Position numbers and translations under genes: made by a program. 64,000 bases of DNA from positions 55,643 to 119,642 of the IMG/VR virus record IMGVR_UViG_3300043429_000130; one strand, 5' to 3'. Below the pieces are notes generated by a model. That model ran no database searches. It worked only from the letters and a program-made list of their open reading frames with translations, and had not been told where the DNA came from. Within the stretch, counting starts at the first letter, position 1. The number at the start of each line of letters is the position of its first letter. Source of the stretch: a virus. Positions 29,687 through 38,539 of this stretch are shown here, piece by piece.

Positions 29687-30037
29687 TTATTTTTCTTTCT
29701 TTAATGATCTCTGCTTTTCTACAGGAGGCATTTCAGGAATAATCACTTCATCCCCCACTTTAATACCTTCTTCAGCAAGCTCTGGATTATTATCCATGTC
29801 TTCCTGTGTAATTGTGTGAGGTGTGCCCTGTGGCTTAGCCCCTCCCTGTTGTGTCATTTGAGCAATGAACGCTAAAGCCTTAAGTTCTTCTGCTCTAGAC
29901 ATAGCTAAACCTGTGTTTAACTCCTGTAGCTCTAGCTGAACTTTCTTTACATCAATCTGCTCGTTAATAAAAGCAATGATCTCTTCTTTTGTAGGAACCT
30001 TTTGTTCTTCTACTGTTTGGTTTTCTGTAGTACTCAT
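29687..30037 (-). CDS. Hypothetical protein
   Basis: 116 aa, coiled coil followed by HTITQEDMDNNPELAEEGIKVGDEV. Confidence 0.7.
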   Translation of the reverse strand: MSTTENQTVEEQKVPTKEEIIAFINEQIDVKKVQLELQELNTGLAMSRAEELKALAFIAQMTQQGGAKPQGTPHTITQEDMDNNPELAEEGIKVGDEVIIPEMPPVEKQRSLKKEK

Positions 30038-30057
30038 CTTTTGGTTTGTTTAAATTG

Positions 30058-30360
30058 TTAAAAGTCTAAATCACTATCATCACCCCCTTCCTCTTCTATA
30101 GAGGATGAGAAGTTAAATTCTGTAAATATTGGTAGGAATTCTAAATACGGGGTGTCAATAATGTAATTATCCCCATGCTCTGTAAAAACCGTGGTGCAGT
30201 TGTAAACAAAAGAATCTTCTTCATTAGAGGTGAGCTTAATAGCCACCACTACACCTAGATGGAAAGCAAACGGCATCCATTGCCCCTTGTCTTCTATACC
30301 CATCATCTCCACTTTATCTATATCTATACTGTGGCAGTGGATGTTGCAACTGTGTATCAT
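30058..30360 (-). CDS. Hypothetical protein, first gene of the late block
   Basis: 100 aa with an acidic tail. AAACCAAAC leader. Confidence 0.65.
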   Translation of the reverse strand: MIHSCNIHCHSIDIDKVEMMGIEDKGQWMPFAFHLGVVVAIKLTSNEEDSFVYNCTTVFTEHGDNYIIDTPYLEFLPIFTEFNFSSSIEEEGGDDSDLDF

Positions 30361-30376
30361 TTGTTGTTTGGTTTAT

Positions 30377-30388
30377 ATTATAATATAC
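30377..30388 (-). promoter_or_regulatory. Putative late promoter GTATATTATAAT
   Basis: Identical 12-mer at 58868-58879. Heads the minus-strand block. Confidence 0.6.
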
Positions 30389-30607
30389 TTAATAAGTTTA
30401 AACTTAACAAATTTAATAATAGATTCCAAACTTACCATAATAATTTTTCAACATTTGTGTATAACCCCCACCTCTTAGTGTACATATATAGACCCCCCCC
30501 CTTGATAACATCCGTAGTAGAGGTTGTGAGTACCCGCCCAACCAAGCTACCCCACCATAAATTTGACGGGGGAATACCCCCTCGTTTAACAAGTTAAACT
30601 TAAATTT

Positions 30608-30898
30608 ATGGCAGCAACATCATTGCATCTGCTTGCAAAGCAAGCCTTGACCGAAGGTTCAGAGAACCTTACGTTCAACATTTCTACCGTGGAAACTAAG
30701 GCGTTCCCACGTACGAAAAACGTGGCCTTCAGAGCCACGACAGACCAAGGTACTGTCGTGACCTTCTGGGCCAGTAACATGGACTCTGTGGTAGAGTCCA
30801 TTGATGACGACGGAAACTTCCGTGTCATCCCCGGCACCCGCAGAGCGGATGACGGCAGCCTTTGGGATGACTCCCAAAGAAAAGGAATCTGGGATTAA
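30608..30898 (+). CDS. Hypothetical protein, first plus-strand gene
   Basis: 96 aa with visibly GC-richer codons. Preceded by TAAATTTG and a GGGGG-AATA-CCCCC hairpin, followed by a terminator. Confidence 0.7.
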   Translation: MAATSLHLLAKQALTEGSENLTFNISTVETKAFPRTKNVAFRATTDQGTVVTFWASNMDSVVESIDDDGNFRVIPGTRRADDGSLWDDSQRKGIWD

Positions 30899-30916
30899 CC
30901 CAGATTTCTTTTTTCT
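30878..30916 (+). terminator. Intrinsic terminator
   Basis: AGAAAAGGAATCTGGG-ATTAA-CCCAGATTTCTTTTTTCT. Confidence 0.75.
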
Positions 30917-30982
30917 GTTCAGTCATACCACAACTCGGTACTACGTCTTATATAGTTTTTCTGTTAGGATGCAGTACTGAGT

Positions 30983-31171
30983 TTGTCCTATTTATCCACC
31001 ATCCTTAACTTATGTCTTATGATTAGATCTAAGAACCTTATGTTTGCTACCTGGGAAGTATTCCGTAACTGGTATGCATACATGAAACTACGCTTTGTTA
31101 ACCTAAAGCTTAGACTAGCCAAGCTAGCACCTGGATATACATCCAAAGTTTTTGTTGTCATTACGTATTAA
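30983..31171 (+). CDS. Hypothetical protein (start uncertain)
   Basis: ORF track. Followed by hairpin GTGAGTGGTAG...CTACCACTTAC and a short T run. Confidence 0.45.
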   Translation: MSYLSTILNLCLMIRSKNLMFATWEVFRNWYAYMKLRFVNLKLRLAKLAPGYTSKVFVVITY

Positions 31172-31330
31172 ACAACATTTATACACGTTAACGTATGACA
31201 CTGTGAGTGGTAGTTAACCTCTACCACTTACTTTTATCCTTTAAATAGCATCTAAACCACCCTTTTGGAGCGGATAAGATAGCTATAAATACACTAATCC
31301 ATTCACTCACCCTCTTAATAATTAGATATT

Positions 31331-31549
31331 ATGAAATCTATTATGTTATTAGTTATCTACTTTGTCTCATACATATTCTTCTTCCTCTTACTCTCCACTG
31401 TAGGTATGTTCTTTACTTCCTATATAGAGACTATTACATCTGACGGCTGGTTCATAGCTTACAGCATGTTCCTTGGTTGGTGGTTAGCCATCTTCCCAGC
31501 CCGTGAGTACTACATCATGAATGAAGAGTATTTTGAAAGAGTATTTTAA
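31331..31549 (+). CDS. Small membrane protein
   Basis: Two hydrophobic segments. Confidence 0.7.
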   Translation: MKSIMLLVIYFVSYIFFFLLLSTVGMFFTSYIETITSDGWFIAYSMFLGWWLAIFPAREYYIMNEEYFERVF

Positions 31550-31649
31550 GACAGCTCATATTTGACCCCATTAACATAGATATTATATAGTATACTCTAT
31601 ACTGTGTTAAGGAGAGCTCAAATATGAGCCCACTAAAAGTTTTATTCCT

Positions 31650-31826
31650 ATGGAAAACATGAGATTTTTCCCCCTCAAAGTAGTTATGCCAGATGGTCAA
31701 GTGTACACACAATCTGTGTATGCTTGTACCAGATGGCATGCTATAGAGAGATTATACTCTAGAATGTCAGAGTATCAGCCCAATCGTGCTATGTACAAGC
31801 TGGCACGCAAGACTAAAAACGCATAG
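31650..31826 (+). CDS. Small hypothetical protein (58 aa)
   Basis: Manual translation MENMRFFPLKVVMPDGQVYTQSVYACTRWHAIERLYSR... Confidence 0.6.
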   Translation: MENMRFFPLKVVMPDGQVYTQSVYACTRWHAIERLYSRMSEYQPNRAMYKLARKTKNA

Positions 31827-31922
31827 TTTAACGATAGGAGTTTATCTGGTCTACTTCATTGATCAGAGGCTTTGTAGGTAGAGGCTCAAAACCTACATAT
31901 TTTCTATTTCTTATATACGTCC

Positions 31923-32057
31923 ATGAAAAAGCTCCACAAACTCAGCCTAATAGAGACAGTGTTCTTTATTATAGGTTTATCATTACTTATCACTGGCCTA
32001 ATAGTATGGTGGTCACGCTTCCTAGAAGTGCACAAATTCCTACTAATGACAGTTTAA
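31923..32057 (+). CDS. Small membrane protein (44 aa)
   Basis: Manual translation MKKLHKLSLIETVFFIIGLSLLITGLIVWWSRF... Confidence 0.5.
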   Translation: MKKLHKLSLIETVFFIIGLSLLITGLIVWWSRFLEVHKFLLMTV

Positions 32058-32146
32058 CTTAATATGGATGGTTAGTGAATCCCTGGAGATCATATCAAAG
32101 GGGAAACTAACTTCCTAAATCATTTACTAATTCTTAATCTAACTAT

Positions 32147-32518
32147 ATGGTAAAGAAATTTTATCAAGAAGAAAACGGACGATGGTACATAGATCTACCA
32201 GAGTACATAGAATCAGGAGTTGGCACCAAAGCCAATCTTGAAATGGTGGCAGGTGCAGATACATTCTTATCTACACTAGCAAAAGGTGAAAGAACAATCA
32301 CTATTGAGTTTACAGATGAACACTTTGATGGTCATGATGTACAGCTTATTAGATCATCAAATTATGGTTATACATCTGAACTAATAGATGAAGCAGAACT
32401 TGACGCAGGTGCATGGTATACAGTGAAAGACAACAATCATGATTTATGGTTATGTCCTGTTGTACTATATCTGTTCAATAACACCTACCCAGAAAACATA
32501 TTTATTAAAATTCATTAA
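32147..32518 (+). CDS. Hypothetical protein (DUF6717-like)
   Basis: WYIDLP...LEMVAGADTFL...LWLCPV..YLF...YPENIFI. Confidence 0.7.
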   Translation: MVKKFYQEENGRWYIDLPEYIESGVGTKANLEMVAGADTFLSTLAKGERTITIEFTDEHFDGHDVQLIRSSNYGYTSELIDEAELDAGAWYTVKDNNHDLWLCPVVLYLFNNTYPENIFIKIH

Positions 32519-32528
32519 ATCAAGTACA

Positions 32529-32660
32529 TTGAAAAAGTTATTAATCCTTAGCATTATCACTATGCTAGGAACAAGTTGTGTAGTTTACAACCCTTACAAA
32601 CCACATCCACCAAAACAATATAGATGTGTGGTAGGTAAGACAAACTACTGGATTAAGTAA
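32529..32660 (+). CDS. Small lipoprotein
   Basis: TTG start, MKKLLILSIITMLGTS-C lipobox. Confidence 0.55.
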   Translation: MKKLLILSIITMLGTSCVVYNPYKPHPPKQYRCVVGKTNYWIK

Positions 32661-32683
32661 TTAACCTCCTAAATTCATTACAA

Positions 32684-33172
32684 ATGAAAGTATTCAGTTT
32701 AACTGCCTTTGGGCATAAGAGAAGTATAACTGTTAAGGTAGATAGATACCTTAACAACCGTATTGCATTACAATTAAATGATGCAATAGATGGACAACCG
32801 TATGCTGTGGCTACGGTCAATATGCCAGAAGTATTACTGGCTGATAACGAAGTGCTTATTAAAGACTACTCAGAGAATGAGGGTATGATGGACTTCTTAA
32901 CAAAGTATAACATTGTTACACCTACACAGAATGGTATACAATCTGGCTTTGTGTGGTTACCTGTAGCTATTGTTAACGATGAATCTGTATGGGGTGAAGT
33001 ACCTAATCCATATTCTCTTAACGAAGAGCCAGAATATAACCAGTTAGATCCGGCACCTGATGAGATTAACACCACTACAGGTAAATCTATGTGGATCATC
33101 AAAGACTATCGTATATGGGCAGATAGTTATAAACAAGCCCTTGAGTTATTACCTTTAATAGAACAAGCATGA
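32684..33172 (+). CDS. Hypothetical protein (DUF4313-like N-terminus)
   Basis: PYAVATVNMP...IKDYSENEGM...SGFV. Confidence 0.7.
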   Translation: MKVFSLTAFGHKRSITVKVDRYLNNRIALQLNDAIDGQPYAVATVNMPEVLLADNEVLIKDYSENEGMMDFLTKYNIVTPTQNGIQSGFVWLPVAIVNDESVWGEVPNPYSLNEEPEYNQLDPAPDEINTTTGKSMWIIKDYRIWADSYKQALELLPLIEQA

Positions 33173-33399
33173 CCAGAATAAATAAAATTACGGTGGCTAT
33201 TGTTGGTATTATACTACTATGCATAGCCATAACTTATTACAATGCTCTTAAGCATTACAAATTACAACAGGTAACTTATGATCTACCTGAAGAGTTTAAT
33301 CCTCAGACCATATCACATGATAGATCTGATGCAACTCAGATGATGGTGGTGTATGATACACTTACCAATACTTACATTTTTGAGTTCATGGATAAATAA
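33169..33399 (+). CDS. Small membrane-anchored protein
   Basis: N-terminal TM segment. ATGA overlap with the previous gene. Confidence 0.6.
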   Translation: MTRINKITVAIVGIILLCIAITYYNALKHYKLQQVTYDLPEEFNPQTISHDRSDATQMMVVYDTLTNTYIFEFMDK

Positions 33400-33404
33400 T
33401 TAAA

Positions 33405-33650
33405 GACGGTGAAGCTAGCATGAGCTAGTAGGGCACGCTCATGCTCAAATCTGGAAAACAGGACTGATCAACCATGAGCTACTACAGATGATATGGCTGT
33501 CGTGAGGGGGGCTTATGAAAAGGACTGCTGCTTTGATTAACTTCATGTTAGTCAGTATGTCTCAGTAGTAAATAAAACACTGACACTAACAGCATAGCTG
33601 CTTAGCATTAAGGAACACCAACCACAATCAGTACGTTAAGCTGATTATTT
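33405..33650 (+). ncRNA. Candidate structured ncRNA
   Basis: ORF-free gap with AGCATGAGC/GCTCATGCT, CTG-GAAAA-CAG and TGTTAG-TCAGT/ACTGA-CA-CTAACA stems. Shares a motif with the 35.5-36.2 kb element. Confidence 0.45.
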
Positions 33651-33681
33651 TCTAAATTAATTCTTTACATACATACTAATC

Positions 33682-34089
33682 ATGTCACAGAAAAAACTAA
33701 CACCCACAATTGCTAAAGCATTAGCAGAACAAGTTCGTGAAGAACTTAAAAAGAATGCCTCTGCTCATGCAGAGAAGATTAAACAAGATATTAAAGCTTC
33801 TAAGGATTACAAACAGCTTTGTAAGTATGACCAGCAGATGTCAGAAATTAGAACTAAAATAGATGAACTAAGACATGCTATACAGGATAAACATTCTGGC
33901 ATGCTGGCTGACGTATCTATCTATTCTTATAGAGCAGGAGAACAAAGTATTACTATCAGAGAAACTGCTATGGTTTCTGTAGAAGGTATTAAGAACATGA
34001 TCTTGTTAGATGATTACTTCTCTAACAGTAGTGATACTCCAGAAGAACTAGTACAACGTATTGTACAGAAGATTATTAAAACTAAGTAA
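33682..34089 (+). CDS. Hypothetical coiled-coil protein
   Basis: ORF track, AT-rich leader. Confidence 0.7.
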   Translation: MSQKKLTPTIAKALAEQVREELKKNASAHAEKIKQDIKASKDYKQLCKYDQQMSEIRTKIDELRHAIQDKHSGMLADVSIYSYRAGEQSITIRETAMVSVEGIKNMILLDDYFSNSSDTPEELVQRIVQKIIKTK

Positions 34090-34123
34090 AAAGATTATTT
34101 ATTAATTCCTAAAAACAAATAAG

Positions 34124-34495
34124 ATGGTTAATCAACAAAAGCCACAGAAATTCTTCGTTAATGAAGAAATCAGTAAGTTAATGCCATATATTAATGGCAG
34201 TCTTAAGTTTGACTACAATGTAGCTAAAACATTGGCTACAGAGTTGTCTAGAACTACAAACTCTGTTTATCAGTATGTTCGTAAGCAGAAGAAAAATTAC
34301 AAGAACATGGGTAGAGTTACTAGAAAGTACACTAAAAGAGTTAAAGCAGACTCAACTAAGTCAGTTGATAAATCTGTAGTTAACAACCAAGGTGTGCTTA
34401 AACATGGTGAGTTTATCATCCCAATCAACTCTTTTGAACTACGTAGTGACAAAGGAGTAACAAGCTTAGTTCTTAAGTTTGAAAAGTCTATTTAA
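34124..34495 (+). CDS. Hypothetical protein, possible HTH
   Basis: LATELSRTTNSVYQYVR. Confidence 0.65.
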   Translation: MVNQQKPQKFFVNEEISKLMPYINGSLKFDYNVAKTLATELSRTTNSVYQYVRKQKKNYKNMGRVTRKYTKRVKADSTKSVDKSVVNNQGVLKHGEFIIPINSFELRSDKGVTSLVLKFEKSI

Positions 34496-34502
34496 TTCAC
34501 AC

Positions 34503-34530
34503 AAGAGGGACTGTAACAGGTCCCTCTTTT
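34503..34530 (+). terminator. Intrinsic terminator
   Basis: AAGAGGGAC-TGTAACAG-GTCCCTCTT then TT. Confidence 0.75.
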
Positions 34531-34542
34531 ATAATTAGTGTT

Positions 34543-35124
34543 ATGATACTAAAAAACAGAGAGTTTGATCACACTCAAGACCATTTTCATGAAGCTATGC
34601 AGATTCCTAGTTATATAAGAACTAGATGTCGTGAACGTATATTCTTTTCAGCTTTTTCTAATGCTTTACAAAGAATAGAACTATTTGAGGATGAAGATGA
34701 CGCCCCTAAAGAAATGTCTACTGTAACAGGAGACTTGCAACGTACTCTTAGTATGATTACTGATGATTTAGAGTACGAATACACATTACTTACTTTCTAT
34801 GGTCATCAAAAGATGGCTATGGAAGCATTTGGTAGGTATAAGTATTTAAATTCTAAGGATCAATCTAAAGAAGATAAGCTTAAACTAAGTATTATCAATC
34901 TTATTCAAGAGCTTAAGGATAGAGACGATGATGATGATGACAAGAAAGAAGAAGAGGATGAGATTGATAACATCACTGTTAATACTATTATTAAAAGAAT
35001 ATCTATTGTTAAAGACTCACACTATAACTTTGATGTATACTTAAAACAGCTTACTCAAAAGCTAAGTAGCCGTCCAGATGGTGATTTTAACGTAGATGAC
35101 TTTCTAAAAAATATCTTTGATTAG
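34543..35124 (+). CDS. Hypothetical protein
   Basis: 193 aa with an acidic patch. Confidence 0.7.
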   Translation: MILKNREFDHTQDHFHEAMQIPSYIRTRCRERIFFSAFSNALQRIELFEDEDDAPKEMSTVTGDLQRTLSMITDDLEYEYTLLTFYGHQKMAMEAFGRYKYLNSKDQSKEDKLKLSIINLIQELKDRDDDDDDKKEEEDEIDNITVNTIIKRISIVKDSHYNFDVYLKQLTQKLSSRPDGDFNVDDFLKNIFD

Positions 35125-35146
35125 GATTTAGGGTTAGTGAGTAAGG

Positions 35147-35182
35147 TGTAGATGGGAGTCTTTGACTCCCTCTACATTTTTT
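35147..35182 (+). terminator. Intrinsic terminator
   Basis: TGTAGATGGGAGTC-TTT-GACTCCCTCTACA followed by TTTTTT. Confidence 0.75.
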
Positions 35183-35208
35183 ACATATCTAATACAATCA
35201 CATAGTAC

Positions 35209-35496
35209 ATGAAAAGCATAAATCCACGTTTAATAAAAGGCTTTGGTCAAGTCTCTAACGAAGTTATGAGAGACCCAGAACTATCCTTAAAAGACAAAGG
35301 CTTGTATGCATATTTATGTACATTTGCTGGTAGTCAAACTAATGAGTTAACTGTTAGTGTCTACCGTATGGCAGATGAATGTGGTACAAGTCCGTCAACT
35401 ATAAAGAGAAGTATAGAAACTCTTCAGTCTAAAGGAATAATAGATAGATTGTTTATGGGTAAAGGAAAGACCCGTAAGACTATCATCTTAAAATAA
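35209..35496 (+). CDS. Winged helix-turn-helix protein (phage replication-initiator N-terminal type)
   Basis: FGQVSNEVMRDPELSLKDKGLYAYL...MADECGTSPSTIKRSIETLQSKGII. Confidence 0.8.
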   Translation: MKSINPRLIKGFGQVSNEVMRDPELSLKDKGLYAYLCTFAGSQTNELTVSVYRMADECGTSPSTIKRSIETLQSKGIIDRLFMGKGKTRKTIILK

Positions 35497-35499
35497 CAT

Positions 35500-36190
35500 C
35501 CTCCCAGCACTAATATCACATAGGTGGTAGCCTGCGAAACTATGCACCTGTTGGATGCTAGTGGGAGGGCCCTCTTAAAGGCAAGTGGGACACGTGCACA
35601 TATATTAGGTGTATATACACGCTAGTATATGATTAAGTCCTGTCCCCACGCCAGTCATTGTGCAAGCCTGATCAACAGAGCTAGTAAAGAGCGTACATGG
35701 TAGCGAAAGGTTGAGCTGAGTATGGTAAGGAATTTTCTCCTGCACTGTAGAAATACAGACTATACTAAGTGCTCCCCAAGTGACGTATTCTTGCTGAAAT
35801 GCACTATCCTGTGATAGTCTTGCACAAACCCATTAAGAGTTATGTGATAATATCATATGCAAGCAGCATCCTGCTAAGGTGTGTTTAGCTGTACGGTGTT
35901 ATGCATAACTCTTGTAACGCATTAGCTGATTATAGCAGCCTCAAGTGAGTCTAAAGCCCTCGGCCAGCATTGAACTGTTATAGTAGCTATTTATTAAAAG
36001 GTCTGATCTCAGGAGCTAAGTAGCGTATTAAATATAATTACCTAGGACAAGTATCCGCAAACAGTTCGTGTATAGTTAGTAGTACGACATGATGATAGAG
36101 CTCCGTCAAACGAACAGTATATCAACTTAGTAGCCTGATCAGGACAATGGTAGATCCGTAAGAACTATGGAACCCTGAGATAGACCTTTT
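35500..36190 (+). ncRNA. Large multi-domain structured ncRNA candidate (about 690 nt, strand inferred from context)
   Basis: No ORF of 60 aa or more. At least six nested long-range helices, including AAAAGGTCT(G)ATCTCAGG 35996-36013 / CCTGAGATAGACCTTTT 36174-36190, TTGTGCAAG/CTTGCACAA and AAGAGTTATG/CATAACTCTT. Confidence 0.7.
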
Positions 36191-36204
36191 TAAATTTTAA
36201 TATT

Positions 36205-36636
36205 ATGACTATAGAAGAACTAATTAACAAGTATCCTAAAATATTTGAAGACTATGAGGGTAATCCAGGTAGAGTAAACTGGTATGGCTTACCTAAAGGT
36301 TGGATATCTATAATAGATAAACTTTGCGGATGTATGCAAAGCTATATAGATAATCATGTTACTTATTCAAAAGATGGTGAATATAGACCACAACAAGTGA
36401 CTTGTTCTCAAATGAAAGAGAAGTTTGGTGGTCTACGCTTTTATACAAATGGTCATGATAATGTCATAGAAGGTATGATTAGCATGGCAGAATACATTTG
36501 TGACAATACCTGTCAGCAATGTAGGTCAGAACAAGATCTTGGTGTTACATCAGGTTGGATAACTGTATTATGCAGAACCTGTGTAATAGAACATGGTGAT
36601 AGAGCAATGAATGCTTGGACACCTCTAACTAAATAA
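36205..36636 (+). CDS. Hypothetical phage protein with QxKEKFGGLRFY motif
   Basis: GWISII..L...QMKEKFGGLRFY...TCQQC...GWITVLC..C, a pattern common in phage proteins. Confidence 0.75.
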   Translation: MTIEELINKYPKIFEDYEGNPGRVNWYGLPKGWISIIDKLCGCMQSYIDNHVTYSKDGEYRPQQVTCSQMKEKFGGLRFYTNGHDNVIEGMISMAEYICDNTCQQCRSEQDLGVTSGWITVLCRTCVIEHGDRAMNAWTPLTK

Positions 36637-36637
36637 A

Positions 36638-36916
36638 ATGGCAGACAAACAATTATTGTTATTATGCAGCTGTTATAGTTGTGAACATCAAATGATAATA
36701 CATTTAGATGAAGGTGGAGATTTATACCCTCCAGAAGCATATGTACATGTACATTTAATTAGACGGTCCTTTTGGTACCGTGTGAAGTATGGTATAAAAT
36801 ATATATTTGGATTTAAATCTAGATACGGTGCATGGGATGAATTTATATTAGATAAAACTCATGCAGACTCACTTAGAGAAATAGCTAAACACTTAGATGA
36901 TGAAACAGTATACTAA
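36638..36916 (+). CDS. Hypothetical protein
   Basis: CSC..CEH and FWYRVKYGIKYIFG motifs. Confidence 0.7.
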   Translation: MADKQLLLLCSCYSCEHQMIIHLDEGGDLYPPEAYVHVHLIRRSFWYRVKYGIKYIFGFKSRYGAWDEFILDKTHADSLREIAKHLDDETVY

Positions 36917-37469
36917 ACTAGTTATACCTAAAGAAACAGCTTGGGAGCATAAAACCTATAAAAGTAGATTCTTAAGAATCATACACTGGCGTATAAAAAA
37001 CTTCTTTCAAGGTATATGGAATGTTATAAGATGGGCACCCACTATTTATAAAGACAAAGATTGGGATGACTATTACATTACTAAAATGCTTCAGAAGAAG
37101 ATTGAGCATCAACGTGCTTATTTAGTAAAAGCTAATAGACATGTACATGTAGACAGAGATAATTTCTGGATGACTGTTGTTCTTAATCTAATAGAACGTA
37201 AGCATGCTGATTATTATGACATGGAACGCTATGACTATATAGTTCTTAATGATGAAGATATACTTGGAGATCCATTATCTGAAACTCTTGATAAGTATAT
37301 TGTAAAATATCCAGGAGCTAAACGAGCAGCTTTAAAAAAGTATAATGAAAATTCACGTTTAGATGATAAAGAAACTATATCTCTGTATATGGGGCATATA
37401 CGTCAAGAAAAATGTGACAATCTAATTTATGAAATTCTTAAAAGACATTCTGCCGAGTGGTGGGACTAA
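36897..37469 (+). CDS. Hypothetical protein
   Basis: WAPTIYKDKDWD, ending WWD. Confidence 0.7.
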   Translation: MMKQYTKLVIPKETAWEHKTYKSRFLRIIHWRIKNFFQGIWNVIRWAPTIYKDKDWDDYYITKMLQKKIEHQRAYLVKANRHVHVDRDNFWMTVVLNLIERKHADYYDMERYDYIVLNDEDILGDPLSETLDKYIVKYPGAKRAALKKYNENSRLDDKETISLYMGHIRQEKCDNLIYEILKRHSAEWWD

Positions 37470-37481
37470 ATAACAACACAC

Positions 37482-38537
37482 ATGAATAACGTCTGGACAC
37501 AATCAGCCAACAACTTTGCTTTAAAAGAGATTAGTCAACAGGTACCTTTATTACCTGTAGGTATATACAAATACCAGTTAGACCAGTTTGAGAATCCATA
37601 TCTTACACAGATTACAGATAAGTTTCACTTTCCATATAAGATATATGGTATAGAACGTGCTTTTATAGACCGTGTAAAACGCTCATGGCAAGAAACTACT
37701 GGAAACTTTGGTGTATTACTTAATGGTGTTAAGGGTACAGGTAAGACTGTTACTGCAGAAATGATCTGTAATGAGATGAACCTACCAGTTATCATCATTC
37801 CTTTTCACCATAAATCTATAGTATCCTTCTTAAACGAGATACAACAAGACGTTATTGTCTTTATAGATGAGTTTGAGAAAATCTATGATGGATATAACAA
37901 CTCATTACTTCCTATCATGGATGGTGCATTAAAGACTAAGCATAGACTTATGTTCTTGCTTACTACTAATGAACTACGTATTGAGCGTAACTTATTACAG
38001 CGTCCAAGCCGTATTAGATATGTAAAGACATTTGATGATATGACTCTTAATGTAATTATGCAAGTAGTAGATGATACTCTTCTTCATCCAGAATTACGTG
38101 AGTGTACAATCAAAATGATTTCTGAGCTACCTATTATTACTATGGACTTAGTTAAGTCTATTGTACAAGAAGTAAACATCCATCATGAAGATCCACAAAT
38201 CTTTAAACCAATCTTTAATGTACATGCAGATAGAGATGACCTCTACAATGTTTACAAATTGACAGATAATGGTACAAAAGAAGAAGTGGATACTTTTACA
38301 ACCATTGAGCCAAGATGGATTACAGCTCAAGGATCTGTTGGTAATGACTTCTATATAGGACATTCTTATAAAGGTAGGATTGTATCTGTTATATCTGAAA
38401 GTCAATTAGTTGTAAAAGAATATACCACTGAGAAATCAGCTGATGGCACTAGTTTAGAAGAATTTGAAGAGGATATAATTTATTTCTTAGAGAAGACTAA
38501 CAAAACTCATAGATCATTTAACTCTTATGCATTCTAA
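37482..38537 (+). CDS. AAA+ ATPase
   Basis: GVKGTGKT Walker A, VFIDEFEK Walker B, LLTTN sensor and RPSRIRY arginine finger. Confidence 0.9.
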   Translation: MNNVWTQSANNFALKEISQQVPLLPVGIYKYQLDQFENPYLTQITDKFHFPYKIYGIERAFIDRVKRSWQETTGNFGVLLNGVKGTGKTVTAEMICNEMNLPVIIIPFHHKSIVSFLNEIQQDVIVFIDEFEKIYDGYNNSLLPIMDGALKTKHRLMFLLTTNELRIERNLLQRPSRIRYVKTFDDMTLNVIMQVVDDTLLHPELRECTIKMISELPIITMDLVKSIVQEVNIHHEDPQIFKPIFNVHADRDDLYNVYKLTDNGTKEEVDTFTTIEPRWITAQGSVGNDFYIGHSYKGRIVSVISESQLVVKEYTTEKSADGTSLEEFEEDIIYFLEKTNKTHRSFNSYAF

Positions 38538-38539
38538 TT

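Noticed and set aside
32067-32115. Structured element GGTTAGT..TCCCT..AGGGG..ACTAACT
   Set aside because: A single imperfect hairpin in a short gap, too little to call beyond a possible leader structure.
33460-36145. Hammerhead ribozymes at the CTGATCA motifs
   Set aside because: The hammerhead core needs CUGANGA plus GAAA and UH in a three-stem junction. These read CUGAUCA and I could not build the junction.
35500-36190. Group I/II intron or tmRNA
   Set aside because: The flanking genes are complete and unrelated, and no tRNA-like ends, P7 core or domain V were recognised. A covariance search is still needed.
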